Shown here: positions 39,958 to 49,832 of the stretch, one piece after another | Layout: each line of letters begins with the position of its first letter | How positions within the stretch are numbered: the first letter of the stretch is position 1 | From: Candidatus Obscuribacterales bacterium | GTDB lineage: Bacteria > Cyanobacteriota > Vampirovibrionia > Obscuribacterales > Obscuribacteraceae | NCBI GenBank assembly: GCA_965228855.1 | Contig: CBDDIJ010000005.1 | Span: 1,120,001 to 1,184,000 of the forward strand | Reading direction: 5' to 3' | DNA: 64,000 nucleotides | Made by a program: the position numbers and the translations under genes | The notes under the pieces: model-generated | What the model was told of the DNA's origin: nothing | Database searches by the model: none | The model's input: only the letters and a program-made list of their open reading frames with translations

Positions 39958-42536
39958 AGATCCCAGTCCTTCATGATTTCCGCAACACGCTTATCCAGCC
40001 GAGCAACCGTCACTGCGGCGGCCGTTGAAATATTCAATTCGGTAAGTGACGAAGCCTCCTTGAGTCCATAAATTTCTGCGACTCGAGAGGCCAGAGAGTC
40101 GCGATGAGTAATATGCATGCGCTCGAATGCGGCGCGCATTTTCGGCAACATGACCAGAAACGGCTCCCAATCTGCCGCACGAAGAAGTTCATCAATAGCC
40201 TTGATCAAAGAATCTGCACCGAGCATCAAAGATGTGCGGGAAACAGCCATTACTCCATCCAGGAAATCTCCGGCTGTGACCATGACCTCCACGGAGGACT
40301 TGGCAAGACCGCGCACAAAGTCCGCAAGCTCGGTCGGCTCCAGCTCTCGAAGCTCAGAAAGTATTCCCAGGAAAGCACCCTTGAGAAACGGAACCGGGCT
40401 TGCATCTGCAGCGTCTCGAACATGCTGGGCAAATAAATTTCGGTCGAGATTTTGTTTATCGCCCTGCTGCGTCACTTCAGCGAGCGCCACCAGCATTGAT
40501 ACCACTTGGTCTTGCTGCTCTTCCGGCACTGCCACCACATCCAGTATCGCAAAGCACGCTCTATCGAAACACCTGACGATCAAGTCGTCCAGCATGCCTC
40601 GACGAAGATTCCGATAGACAAGGTATTTATCGAGGACGAGCATGGTGGTCAGAGCCTGAACCAACGATATGAAACGCACGTCGTTATCTATCGCATCACT
40701 GAGCGAGTCCTCGGTCATACGCACCATGTCCGGCAGATCCATGTCAACGGATCTCAAAAGATGTTGGGCGATTTTGCCTGCGCTATCTTGATCGTCTTTC
40801 AAACATTTTCGCAGTGCAGTAAGCGCCGCACGTTCAATCGAGTCACCATAAATGTTTAACTCAATCAAAGCGGAGTCGACAGACGGACTCCACTTCAATT
40901 GCCACTTTTCGCGAAACAACTTGCCGGAGGTGAAGTCTCCGGAAGGAGCTTCTGTAAGGGCGCAAACAGGGACTTTTAGAAACCGCAAGCGATGAAAAAA
41001 CACGCTCCGTTGCTCACCGAGCGACTCCCTTTTATCCACCTCGACATTTAAACGTTTCTCTTTGCCTAGAACTTCTCCAAGGTCAAGAGACTCCATATTC
41101 GAATAGAAATCCGCCACTACGGGAAGCTGTCCCAGCTCTCTCGTGACCTTTCCGATCTTGTGCCCTATGTCTGCGGCATCGATAGCTGTGAATAGCGAAC
41201 CGCCCTCTTCAAGCGGATCTCCTTTGCAGCAGCAAGTGACCAGAGCGTCATGCAGATCGTCGAGAACCGGAATAGCTCTCCCTCGCAAACGGCTCAACAT
41301 CTCGGTATGCTGAGCAACGGCAATTGCGTCCGCTGAAGAATAAACATTTCCTTTCTTCCGAGCCTCGGTCAACACGGCGACTATGTGCTCAACATAGACC
41401 TCGTCAAATCTTTTTTCATTCTGCAGATCCCAGACACGCTGGTAAAATTGAGGCGCACGAGTGCCCGCATTATAACCGGAAAGCTCGGAGACCTGAAAAA
41501 ATGAATAAGGAACAATAGTATTGTATACGGTGCCCTCGGGCGGAGTTGGCGGTTCATTTTTGTCCTCACGGTCCATGAAAAGATGGAATCCACCACAAAC
41601 GACCATAGCATCTGACGCCTTCAGATTCATCTCCGCTAAGCCTCTTTCGATGCTCCTTATCATATGACGCTCACGATCGACGGTACTGTCAAGAATCATC
41701 CGAACAGGCAAAGTGGTAGCTCTCGATGCTGCACAAAACGCAGCAAACTCTTTACGAAAAACTTCAGGATCGTCGAAACTTCTCATCTCGAACAAGCTGT
41801 CCCAGGCTTCTTCGTAAGTCCGATAGCCTGCGGTTTTAGCGAGTTCCTGATAAAAGCGAGATTCGACGATTAGATGCTCGGAACCTTCCTCGAGTTCCCG
41901 CTTGATCCGCTCGTCTATTTGTTCATCGCTTTCTTCATCGATCAGCGCATCGGGATGCGGTTCGACCTCGTCAATAGACGCGACAGTTTCACTGGAAACT
42001 TTGGACTGATCAATTGGATGAGAGTCCCGTGAAACAGGTTTTTCAGATGTGAGCACCTCGACAGGTTTTGCATTTTTGATACGCGCATAATGCGGAAGAT
42101 CTATGAAAACGACCTTCGCCCCGATTTCGTGCGCAACCTTGATAGCGACGTACTCCGGGGAATACTGCAACATCGGATACCAGACCGGAAACACTGGAGG
42201 CAAGTCCTCTGCAGCGCTTGCAATACCTGCCAACCCGAGCATATTGCCATCATCACGGAAGGAGCTGTAGATTGCGACAGGTGGTTTGGTTTTCGCATCA
42301 ATGATAAACGGAATTAGATCATTTGCCTGGCTCGGTCCTTCAATGAACACAACTTTCGGTTTTCGTTTCACCATAACCTTCCGGAGGTTAAGCGCCACAT
42401 TCGGCGAATGATGTCGCACCGGAAACCAATATAATTCGCTAGAAAGAACAGCCTCTACCTGCGCCTTGACCGACTCAATGTCGAGATTGAGCTCAGTCAA
42501 CTGCTTATGCTTTTCGGATATTGATTGTTGTGGCAC
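39954..42536 (-). CDS. DUF5682-family protein (YehM-like)
   Basis: PVRHHSP, FIEGP, YSPEY, FIDLP, VVCGGFH, SGYNAG. Confidence 0.85.
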   Translation of the reverse strand: MPQQSISEKHKQLTELNLDIESVKAQVEAVLSSELYWFPVRHHSPNVALNLRKVMVKRKPKVVFIEGPSQANDLIPFIIDAKTKPPVAIYSSFRDDGNMLGLAGIASAAEDLPPVFPVWYPMLQYSPEYVAIKVAHEIGAKVVFIDLPHYARIKNAKPVEVLTSEKPVSRDSHPIDQSKVSSETVASIDEVEPHPDALIDEESDEQIDERIKRELEEGSEHLIVESRFYQELAKTAGYRTYEEAWDSLFEMRSFDDPEVFRKEFAAFCAASRATTLPVRMILDSTVDRERHMIRSIERGLAEMNLKASDAMVVCGGFHLFMDREDKNEPPTPPEGTVYNTIVPYSFFQVSELSGYNAGTRAPQFYQRVWDLQNEKRFDEVYVEHIVAVLTEARKKGNVYSSADAIAVAQHTEMLSRLRGRAIPVLDDLHDALVTCCCKGDPLEEGGSLFTAIDAADIGHKIGKVTRELGQLPVVADFYSNMESLDLGEVLGKEKRLNVEVDKRESLGEQRSVFFHRLRFLKVPVCALTEAPSGDFTSGKLFREKWQLKWSPSVDSALIELNIYGDSIERAALTALRKCLKDDQDSAGKIAQHLLRSVDMDLPDMVRMTEDSLSDAIDNDVRFISLVQALTTMLVLDKYLVYRNLRRGMLDDLIVRCFDRACFAILDVVAVPEEQQDQVVSMLVALAEVTQQGDKQNLDRNLFAQHVRDAADASPVPFLKGAFLGILSELRELEPTELADFVRGLAKSSVEVMVTAGDFLDGVMAVSRTSLMLGADSLIKAIDELLRAADWEPFLVMLPKMRAAFERMHITHRDSLASRVAEIYGLKEASSLTELNISTAAAVTVARLDKRVAEIMKDWDL

Positions 42537-42539
42537 TTG

Positions 42540-43694
42540 CTACTTTATCGATTTAAGAACAGTGTCGTGAAAGTCTCTCCAGTTTTTATCCTTCTCACCG
42601 CGACGCTTCGCGACCAATACCGCGTATTCTTTCAAAACAGCAAGATCATTGGCATCTTCTTTGACTATCGAGCCGATCAGATTGCGAGCCACATCGTCAG
42701 CACCGACTTCACCGGAGCCGAAGAAACGCGCATAGAGAGCGGCATCGATAGCTACGCTTATGGCTTCAGCAGTCGACACCGTCGTTGTCGGCTTTTTGAC
42801 GCTGACACCATCATCAGTTTTGCCTTCGCGAATTTCGCGAAAAACAGTGGTTAGGATTTCGATTATCGGGGGCGGGACGGAAACGGGCATTTCATAGCGC
42901 TTAAGGAGCTCGCCTGCACGTTTCTGCACGATTTCCACTTCCGTTTTGTGATCGGAAACAATTGGAATGTGAATGTAGTTGAACCGGCGCTTCAAGGCGG
43001 CAGATAGTTCATTCACACCCTGATCGCGCGTATTGGCCGTCGCGATTAAGTTGAATCCAGGTCTGGCCCAGACCATATTCTCATCAGGCAGTTCCGGAAT
43101 GGCGATCGCCTTGTCTGAAAGAATTGAAACAAGTGAGTCCTGAACGTCCGGTAAACAGCGCGTAATCTCTTCGAAGCGCAATAAACTTCCGCTTTTCATT
43201 GCCACCATGGTCGGTGACGGAATCAAATTACCGGAGTTCGGTCCCTCGGCAATAACCCGCGCTATGTTCCATGAATATTTGATGTGCTCCTCGGTGGTAC
43301 CGGCGGTGCCTTGAACCGTCAGAGTCGAGGTTCCCGAGATCGCTGCCGAAAGGTGCTCCGAAAGCCAGCTCTTGCCGGTGCCTGGTTCCCCAACTAAAAG
43401 TAACGCTCGATCCGAAGCGAGGGTCACGATGGCGCGTTCGACAATCGAATCGTCACCAAAAAACTTGCGAGTGATTGGAATCTCAACTGACTTACCATCT
43501 ATTTTTGCCTTCAACGGCTTTCCACCGACGATATAATTGAGCACCGCTCGCGGTGACAACTTCCAGGGAGCCGGAGCGGGATCTTTATCATTTTGCTTCA
43601 AGGCTTCGAGTTCATCGCGGTATAAAACCTCCGATGGCTGCCGCAAGGCCTCCACAGCCTCTGCACTCGAGAATTCTTCCTTCTTACCCGCCAT
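42540..43694 (-). CDS. MoxR-like AAA+ ATPase (YehL-like)
   Basis: WKLSPRAV, GEPGTGKSWLSE, RFEEITR, ATANTRDQGVNELSAALKRRF; GGAGGAG RBS before ATG 43694. Confidence 0.92.
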   Translation of the reverse strand: MAGKKEEFSSAEAVEALRQPSEVLYRDELEALKQNDKDPAPAPWKLSPRAVLNYIVGGKPLKAKIDGKSVEIPITRKFFGDDSIVERAIVTLASDRALLLVGEPGTGKSWLSEHLSAAISGTSTLTVQGTAGTTEEHIKYSWNIARVIAEGPNSGNLIPSPTMVAMKSGSLLRFEEITRCLPDVQDSLVSILSDKAIAIPELPDENMVWARPGFNLIATANTRDQGVNELSAALKRRFNYIHIPIVSDHKTEVEIVQKRAGELLKRYEMPVSVPPPIIEILTTVFREIREGKTDDGVSVKKPTTTVSTAEAISVAIDAALYARFFGSGEVGADDVARNLIGSIVKEDANDLAVLKEYAVLVAKRRGEKDKNWRDFHDTVLKSIK

Positions 43695-43716
43695 GTCCAC
43701 TCCTCCCGTTGATTTT

Positions 43717-44826
43717 TTAAAACTTGAGCGTCGACAACAACGCACGCGGATCGATTTTTTCGTCTGAAATCATCAGATGCTTCGGCTTTTTCTTCCCGAA
43801 CACCGTCAAAGGCTGCAAAACTAACTTGCACCGCTCGTAGTGCATCAGACCGTACAAAGTTCCCGGCTTCTTCTTGCCCCTGTACTCGCCGAGATTGTTC
43901 AAGAGAACGTTATTATCGCCAGTTTTCGGCACTATCGTTTCACACAAAAAGGTACTCGTCTGAATTGGAAAAACAATTCCGTTGTCAGAATTTTCATAAC
44001 TGTCGTGAATCAGCCACTCGTCAACAAACACCTCTTCTTGCAATTCCACATCAAGGTCAAACGGACCGGGGTCATGCTGCTGCACTCTTTCAAATGCGGC
44101 CATTTGATCCCAGTGAAAAAGTGACGACCACTCCGCGAAATCCGCACCAGCAGCTACAGTGCTGGCATCAGTCAGGGAGACACGATGGCATCCGGTCGGA
44201 TCGAGAGTCGTCGAGACCTTTTCAATGGTAAACACTTTTGGCTCGAGTAGGCTTACCGCTTTGAACTTCTGCTTCTGCGGAAGATGCAAATAGCCTTCTG
44301 CCGGTATCGTGCTGCCTGGAGCCTTGGGATATACACAAGACCAGACCAGTCGATCGCCTTTTTTTAAGTGACCGCAATTCGAAACGGTTCGCAGTCTGAA
44401 TTCAAATGCTACAAAACTTGCCGCTGGACGTTTCGCCACACCGACAGTGACGACTTCGATTTTATCAACAGGCTGCGGAGATGGCGTCCGCATCAGCTTC
44501 TCGAACAGGTCTACTCTGTTTCCTTCAATCGAGTGCTTCAACGCATTACTGAGAGCCCAGGCACGATTTAAGAAGAAGCTCAGCCGGCGTCGTGAAAAAT
44601 CGGGATCGTTTTTAGTATAGCGAGCAACTTCGTCGTTGACAGAACGCAACGTACCGCCGAGCCGCAACATCCCCATACGGGAAGACTCCTGGAAAGAGAC
44701 ATTCAAAGTTTTGACCGTCGCTTCCGATGCCGTCGTTAAACCGGTGATAAGCAGATCTTCGACAGCGCCGCTGAGTTGCTCCAATAAGGGAATCAGTTTC
44801 TTACGATCAACCTGCTCGAGTTTCAT
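43717..44826 (-). CDS. Hypothetical protein of the MoxR operon
   Basis: 369-aa ORF, ATGA-coupled to the upstream gene. Confidence 0.8.
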   Translation of the reverse strand: MKLEQVDRKKLIPLLEQLSGAVEDLLITGLTTASEATVKTLNVSFQESSRMGMLRLGGTLRSVNDEVARYTKNDPDFSRRRLSFFLNRAWALSNALKHSIEGNRVDLFEKLMRTPSPQPVDKIEVVTVGVAKRPAASFVAFEFRLRTVSNCGHLKKGDRLVWSCVYPKAPGSTIPAEGYLHLPQKQKFKAVSLLEPKVFTIEKVSTTLDPTGCHRVSLTDASTVAAGADFAEWSSLFHWDQMAAFERVQQHDPGPFDLDVELQEEVFVDEWLIHDSYENSDNGIVFPIQTSTFLCETIVPKTGDNNVLLNNLGEYRGKKKPGTLYGLMHYERCKLVLQPLTVFGKKKPKHLMISDEKIDPRALLSTLKF

Positions 44827-45215
44827 ACAACAGCCTCATCGACGTTATCGTCGGCGTTCTCCAGAGCTTCAGCTCCCTGGGCAAGTGCTGCGTCGAGCGC
44901 CTGAATCGGATTTAGAACACCAAGTCCGAGTATCGTCTGCGCGTGCTCCAAAGTCAAAATTCGATCGAACATCCGCAGGCTCGCTTGCGCACGCATGAGC
45001 GCTTGCGCGCCGGAGCGCCCCGGTTTATCAATCTCTTCGAGAATTGCCTCGACTCGGCCGGCAAGATGGTAGGCGCCTATTCGCTCACATTCATCTCGAA
45101 TATTGGAAAGTGTATTGACCTCACCCGGACCGGCCGCTTTCAGGCCACGTATCATGAGGTCCTCGAAAGTCCTCTGTAAGTGATCGATTGTTTGAACGAT
45201 CTCTGTCGTGTCCAT
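44823..45215 (-). CDS. Small helical-bundle hypothetical protein
   Basis: Start/stop overlaps on both sides. Its EDLMIRGL resembles EDLLITGL in the next gene. Confidence 0.75.
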   Translation of the reverse strand: MDTTEIVQTIDHLQRTFEDLMIRGLKAAGPGEVNTLSNIRDECERIGAYHLAGRVEAILEEIDKPGRSGAQALMRAQASLRMFDRILTLEHAQTILGLGVLNPIQALDAALAQGAEALENADDNVDEAVV

Positions 45216-46285
45216 CAGAACGCGTAGTAGTCCTCGGGTATGGTCTCGGTCGGCCGCCAGTCGATTTCGCCGGCTTCAGCGCCTTTGTAGCGAAGAAATG
45301 TCTCGCTCATTGTGTCTTTGTCCATCTTCGGCTGCTGAAGTTTACTCATTTGAGCCCATTTATCGGCATCGGTTGCGTCAAACTTTCCGGCATTCGTCAA
45401 TCCCATGAGCAAAACGAGGAGATGCTTGCACAGGGCACCTCGAAGCCCGCCGCAGGGATTCAGATTTTGCGTTCCACAACAAAATCTTCCGTCGCTGGTC
45501 AAGATACAAGCATAAACCAAATTCGGATCGGTTTGACTCTTGACCACACCAACCATCTGCACATCACCGACTTCGGCGAAAAGTTGGAAACTTTCGGCTT
45601 TCAACATTTTGATGGCTTTCTTCAGCCGCTCTTTCTCGATGCTTACTTCCAGACGCTCGAGAAACTTACCGAAGTCGAGAGGTTCGGCCGGAGTAGCATT
45701 ACGGATTGCCAAAAGCGATGCCGGATTTGCGCCCTGTCCTCTCCACAAAAGACCTGGATCAAGCAACAAACTTTCCGGCAAAACCGTTTTCTCATCATAC
45801 GGGGTTCGGTCGAAACGGACGTTTTCCAAATTGGCACCGTCGAACCTGGCGCCATAGATAAACGCCCCGGACAGATCTATGTCGGAACAATTTGCACTCT
45901 TAAACAACGAATGCTGCAGATCGGCATTTTGAAAGTTAGCACCACAAATGGTGGCACTAGTAAATACAGCTCCAATCGCTTTCAGCTTCAAACCGGAGAC
46001 ATTGGTCAAGTCAGCCTTCTCAAGATTAGCATTGCTGATGTCCGCATTGTCCAGCTTGCAGTCGTGCAGTTCGCAGCCCGTTAAATTAGCGCCGGAGAGA
46101 TCGGTGGACGAAAAGTCGACACCTGACAGCTTCGCTCCGGACAGATCCACATCACGCAACGCAGCTCGTTTCTTCTTCGAACCGACCAGCTCGTTGTAGT
46201 TGGCGACTCCGTCCGCCCCCCTCCGCAGAAGTGCAATCAAATCATCTCTCGTGGCACCTTTTCTGGTAGAAGTCATGGCTCTCAC
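45215..46285 (-). CDS. Pentapeptide-repeat protein fused to a SWIM-like zinc finger
   Basis: A(D/N)LxxA repeats at about aa 42-158; FCCGTQNLNPCGGLRGALCKHLL. Start 46285 or 46276. Confidence 0.85.
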   Translation of the reverse strand: MRAMTSTRKGATRDDLIALLRRGADGVANYNELVGSKKKRAALRDVDLSGAKLSGVDFSSTDLSGANLTGCELHDCKLDNADISNANLEKADLTNVSGLKLKAIGAVFTSATICGANFQNADLQHSLFKSANCSDIDLSGAFIYGARFDGANLENVRFDRTPYDEKTVLPESLLLDPGLLWRGQGANPASLLAIRNATPAEPLDFGKFLERLEVSIEKERLKKAIKMLKAESFQLFAEVGDVQMVGVVKSQTDPNLVYACILTSDGRFCCGTQNLNPCGGLRGALCKHLLVLLMGLTNAGKFDATDADKWAQMSKLQQPKMDKDTMSETFLRYKGAEAGEIDWRPTETIPEDYYAF

Positions 46286-46471
46286 CTGCTCCGGTACGTC
46301 GTCTACGACGTTCTACCCCACGGACACTACCATTACGCGTCTTTGATACGAAAATAATCTTTATATCTTCATTCGACAGAACCTAGTAAGCGGACATCGT
46401 AATATACATCCCCAAGCAACAGAGCGCTAAAATAGCAGCACCGTGACTGCGATTGTCTCTCCTCCCCTCGA

Positions 46472-48799
46472 GTGCCTGTGAAGCTCTGGAAGTCTCGCTC
46501 GGCTACCTACAAAACGCACTTCCTGAGTGCGTTCTGTCGCTGCATGTTTACCAACTCTTGTTGGATTTTCGCCACAAGCCTTTTTGTGAAAACCGTTGGC
46601 AGCAAGGGCTATCCCCAATTGTTCTTTTTCGCAAGTTTAGCTGCTCTGTCGTACTATGTTTATTTCGCGTTCCGCGGGCACAGGAGTACCGAACCGTACA
46701 ACGTATATCGGGGGGTTCTGATCGTGGCGTTTGCCGCATCGCTCGCCTGCTGTTTAGAACCATTCTCAGCCCAACTACGAGCCTACGACCAGCTTTTGCT
46801 ATATATCTTCGTAGTATCTGTTATGACGGTTGATCTGATCGGAACGACGCTTGGGCCGATCGTATTGCAATCCTCAGTCAATCCGGTGATCTTCAGACAG
46901 GTCTATCAGAAAATCGTCGCGATGGAACTTATCGCCCGCATTACCGCATCCGGTCTGGTTTGGCTCTTCAGCCAGACGCATCAGCTCACCCTTGTTTATC
47001 CACTGGCCTGGATTCTTCTGGTGTCACATTTTGTTCTTTTCGGCGTTTCGGTCTGGCGCATGCGAGTTTTGCAAACCGAAAAGCAAGTTGATTCCAGACC
47101 TATTGAGACAATCGATTCGAACGCAATCGTTTCGAAACCCGCGAAGGAACAGCAAAGCGGTTTCCGGACGGCGGCGCTGACAAATGTCGCATGGTCCATC
47201 AGATTCATCTTCACAAACCCTCTAGTTCGCGTCGCCACGAGCATCATGGTATGGTCAACAGTAACAAAATTCGTTTTAGAAAGTCTGTTTTACCAGATTA
47301 CGGATAAGACATTTGCCTCCGCGACTCAGCTTGCATCATTCATCAGCGCTCTCACAATCGTTATCTACGCGCTTTCGCTAGGTTTGCACCCACTCATCAC
47401 GAGGGTTTTGAACGCTCGCCTTCAGCTTGCATCTTTGCTCAGTATTCAGCCATTAAACATTTTAGTCTTCGCCGGATTAGCAATGTTGTTGCCACCATTC
47501 TGGCCGCTGGTACTGCTAATGGTGACATATAACATCGTCCACAGAAGCATTCAAGTGCCGATGTCCAGGCAATGTTTAGTCCCAGTCCCTAAAGACAGTA
47601 AGGGAACTATAGTGTCATTGATTTCGATTTTGATAGCGTTGTCGACTATGGCAACCAGTGGCGCCACGGCGCTTTTGAAAAACACCTTGCACTTCGAAGA
47701 TTATGTAGTTTTCCTGCTTGTGCTGGGAGTCGCAATCTTGTTCATGGTCACGAGCCTGGACTCCTACTATATCCGCAATCTGTGGAGCCTATTTCAAGAA
47801 CTTCGCAGCGGTCGTTGGCAGGATGAACAGAACCAATTCGAGGGTCTGTCGATGGTTGTTCTCGACGAGGAGCAAAACGTCAGGCAAACCAATTTCGATC
47901 TGGTAGACATCGCAAAGCAACCCGTTTTAAACACTTACGCTTTTTCGCACGACAAGTCGAGACTTAGAGAAGCGACCAGAGAACATTCGAGACTTTTAGC
48001 ATCAGGGAAAACAGACGAGCAACTAGCAGGATTGCAAATATGTTTCGCAACCGGTTTTCCATGGCATCGAGAGCCGCTTCTAGAGGCTCTCAGCAGCAGC
48101 GACAGCGAAGTGCGCGAGTACGCCAACCATGCATCCCGAGTGAATAGTGCGTTTAGCGATCTCGAAAAATTCACTGCGGTGTTTCGCAGACGCATAAAAC
48201 GACTGGCAATGCATTTTGTCCAATCAGAAGATGAGCAAAGCCTGGAGGCGTTGTTCCGCTTATGCAAGACAAACGATAAAGCCGCGGTCGAAACGCTAAT
48301 CACCGGTTTCAGCAAGCAGAGATTCGAGAAATTCAGATCACTGCTTATCGAGTGCATCTCGGACGGCGAAGCCGTCGTGTCTGTTCTTCCAGTTATAAAC
48401 CGGATGTACGCTGAACGTTTTAAGACGTCCGCTGAATACCGAGAACTTTTGCAAACTCTTCCCTTCAATAAATCAGTAGAAGCTATAAACGCTGTTATTA
48501 AGACGAAACTGGAACTTCTATCGCGTGAAAAGATTTCCCTCGTCCCCACCTCGAAGGAGTCTTTAAACGCGGACGAAAATCTCGATACGTTTATGCATAC
48601 ACTTTATCTGGACGAGTATCGCCTCTCCGGAGGTCAGCCGGATCAGACACTCGTAGACAGTATCTCCGAGTTCTCAATCCTATCTCAGGACGAGGGCGGG
48701 ATACTCATCGACATGCATCTGTCGTTTCTAAAACGCAGCGAGTTCTTTGCGAATTGGGTTTCGATTCTATCTATTTTTGAAACAACGGCATCGCGTTGA
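46472..48799 (+). CDS. MFS-fold transporter (Npt/TLC nucleotide-translocase-like) with a HEAT-like C-terminal domain
   Basis: About 12 TM segments, SLFVKTVGSKGYPQLF, SRQCLVPVP, and a soluble helical tail with DSEVREYA. Confidence 0.65.
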   Translation: MPVKLWKSRSATYKTHFLSAFCRCMFTNSCWIFATSLFVKTVGSKGYPQLFFFASLAALSYYVYFAFRGHRSTEPYNVYRGVLIVAFAASLACCLEPFSAQLRAYDQLLLYIFVVSVMTVDLIGTTLGPIVLQSSVNPVIFRQVYQKIVAMELIARITASGLVWLFSQTHQLTLVYPLAWILLVSHFVLFGVSVWRMRVLQTEKQVDSRPIETIDSNAIVSKPAKEQQSGFRTAALTNVAWSIRFIFTNPLVRVATSIMVWSTVTKFVLESLFYQITDKTFASATQLASFISALTIVIYALSLGLHPLITRVLNARLQLASLLSIQPLNILVFAGLAMLLPPFWPLVLLMVTYNIVHRSIQVPMSRQCLVPVPKDSKGTIVSLISILIALSTMATSGATALLKNTLHFEDYVVFLLVLGVAILFMVTSLDSYYIRNLWSLFQELRSGRWQDEQNQFEGLSMVVLDEEQNVRQTNFDLVDIAKQPVLNTYAFSHDKSRLREATREHSRLLASGKTDEQLAGLQICFATGFPWHREPLLEALSSSDSEVREYANHASRVNSAFSDLEKFTAVFRRRIKRLAMHFVQSEDEQSLEALFRLCKTNDKAAVETLITGFSKQRFEKFRSLLIECISDGEAVVSVLPVINRMYAERFKTSAEYRELLQTLPFNKSVEAINAVIKTKLELLSREKISLVPTSKESLNADENLDTFMHTLYLDEYRLSGGQPDQTLVDSISEFSILSQDEGGILIDMHLSFLKRSEFFANWVSILSIFETTASR

Positions 48800-48800
48800 C

Positions 48801-49394
48801 TTACTTCGTTTGCGCTACTTTTGCAGGCGATTGTTTTGCACCGGAAGCGTCAGCAGATTCGGTCACTTCGCCTCTCGGTGCGGCAACTCCAGTTGGAACT
48901 GCCGGCCGCAATTCAGCCACTTTTGAAACAGCCGCATCATTGGTTGAAGCCGCAAGATCCTTCTCCGCTATTACAGCAGTCCCGTAACAGATGACTTCGG
49001 TCTCCACGTTTGTGCCGTGTTCAAATGATGCACTGTCGTAAGCGATTCCGATAATTGCGTTGGCACCCAGTTCACGCGCGCGCAAGATGCACTCCTCGTA
49101 AGCATGCCGGCGAGCGGTTTCACACATATTGACATACGCGCTGATCCGCCCGCCCTTAAGACGTTCCAAATTCGCACTCAAACTTTGCCCGATGGTCGGC
49201 TGACGGACTGTGATACCACGGACGATACCTTTGTACTCTTTGACCTTATAACCTTCCAGAGTCCCCGTCGTAGTTAGTAACATATCGGCGGGGCGAGCTT
49301 GCGACGCGGACGTTCCGCCGTCATCAGCCTTTCCAGGCGAAGACACGAGCGCCAGAAAAAGAGCGCCGAGCAGCAGCGCGATAGGTTTCCTCAT
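48801..49394 (-). CDS. YbjQ (UPF0145) family protein with signal peptide
   Basis: MLLTTTGTLEGYKVKEYKGIVRG...GANAIIG...YGTAV. Confidence 0.88.
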   Translation of the reverse strand: MRKPIALLLGALFLALVSSPGKADDGGTSASQARPADMLLTTTGTLEGYKVKEYKGIVRGITVRQPTIGQSLSANLERLKGGRISAYVNMCETARRHAYEECILRARELGANAIIGIAYDSASFEHGTNVETEVICYGTAVIAEKDLAASTNDAAVSKVAELRPAVPTGVAAPRGEVTESADASGAKQSPAKVAQTK

Positions 49395-49405
49395 AATTCA
49401 AATCC

Positions 49406-49777
49406 TCATTTCCGATTCGTGATCGATAAGCCCAGAACTTCCTGGTAGATTTTGCTGTCCATAACGGCGAGAAATTTACGACCGTCGTTAAGTTCGACCA
49501 ACGCGCAAACAGATTTGCGATTTCCGCCAAACACAACGCCGGCAAGCAATCCCATCGGTCCCAGCGCCAATCCGAGCAGCCCCCACGCCGCCGCCTCGGG
49601 AAGTTTTTTAACACTTTCTTCGGTCTGCGGAGTGACGGATTTCACTTGCGTGCGCAGATCGATTTGTTCGAACGCGCCCCACAGTGTGCCCAGCGTGTAC
49701 TCCCATTCTCCTGAAGCCACGTCGCCACCAAGGATTTTCACCTTGTTATTGCTGAACATCTTGCCTAATGCGTCCAT
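49406..49777 (-). CDS. Hypothetical protein
   Basis: GGAG RBS before ATG 49777; Gly-rich hydrophobic hairpin, LNDGRKFLA. Confidence 0.7.
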   Translation of the reverse strand: MDALGKMFSNNKVKILGGDVASGEWEYTLGTLWGAFEQIDLRTQVKSVTPQTEESVKKLPEAAAWGLLGLALGPMGLLAGVVFGGNRKSVCALVELNDGRKFLAVMDSKIYQEVLGLSITNRK

Positions 49778-49832
49778 TGTTATCTCCGGAGCAACTACAG
49801 ATAGCCAGGCATTATACCTCAATTGTCAGACT

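Noticed and set aside
7649..43109. Cyanobacterial HIP1 (GCGATCGC) enrichment
   Set aside because: Only a few copies noticed, close to chance for an 8-mer in 64 kb.
45188..46084. 298-aa plus-strand ORF
   Set aside because: Antisense shadow of the pentapeptide-SWIM gene, with no recognisable motifs.
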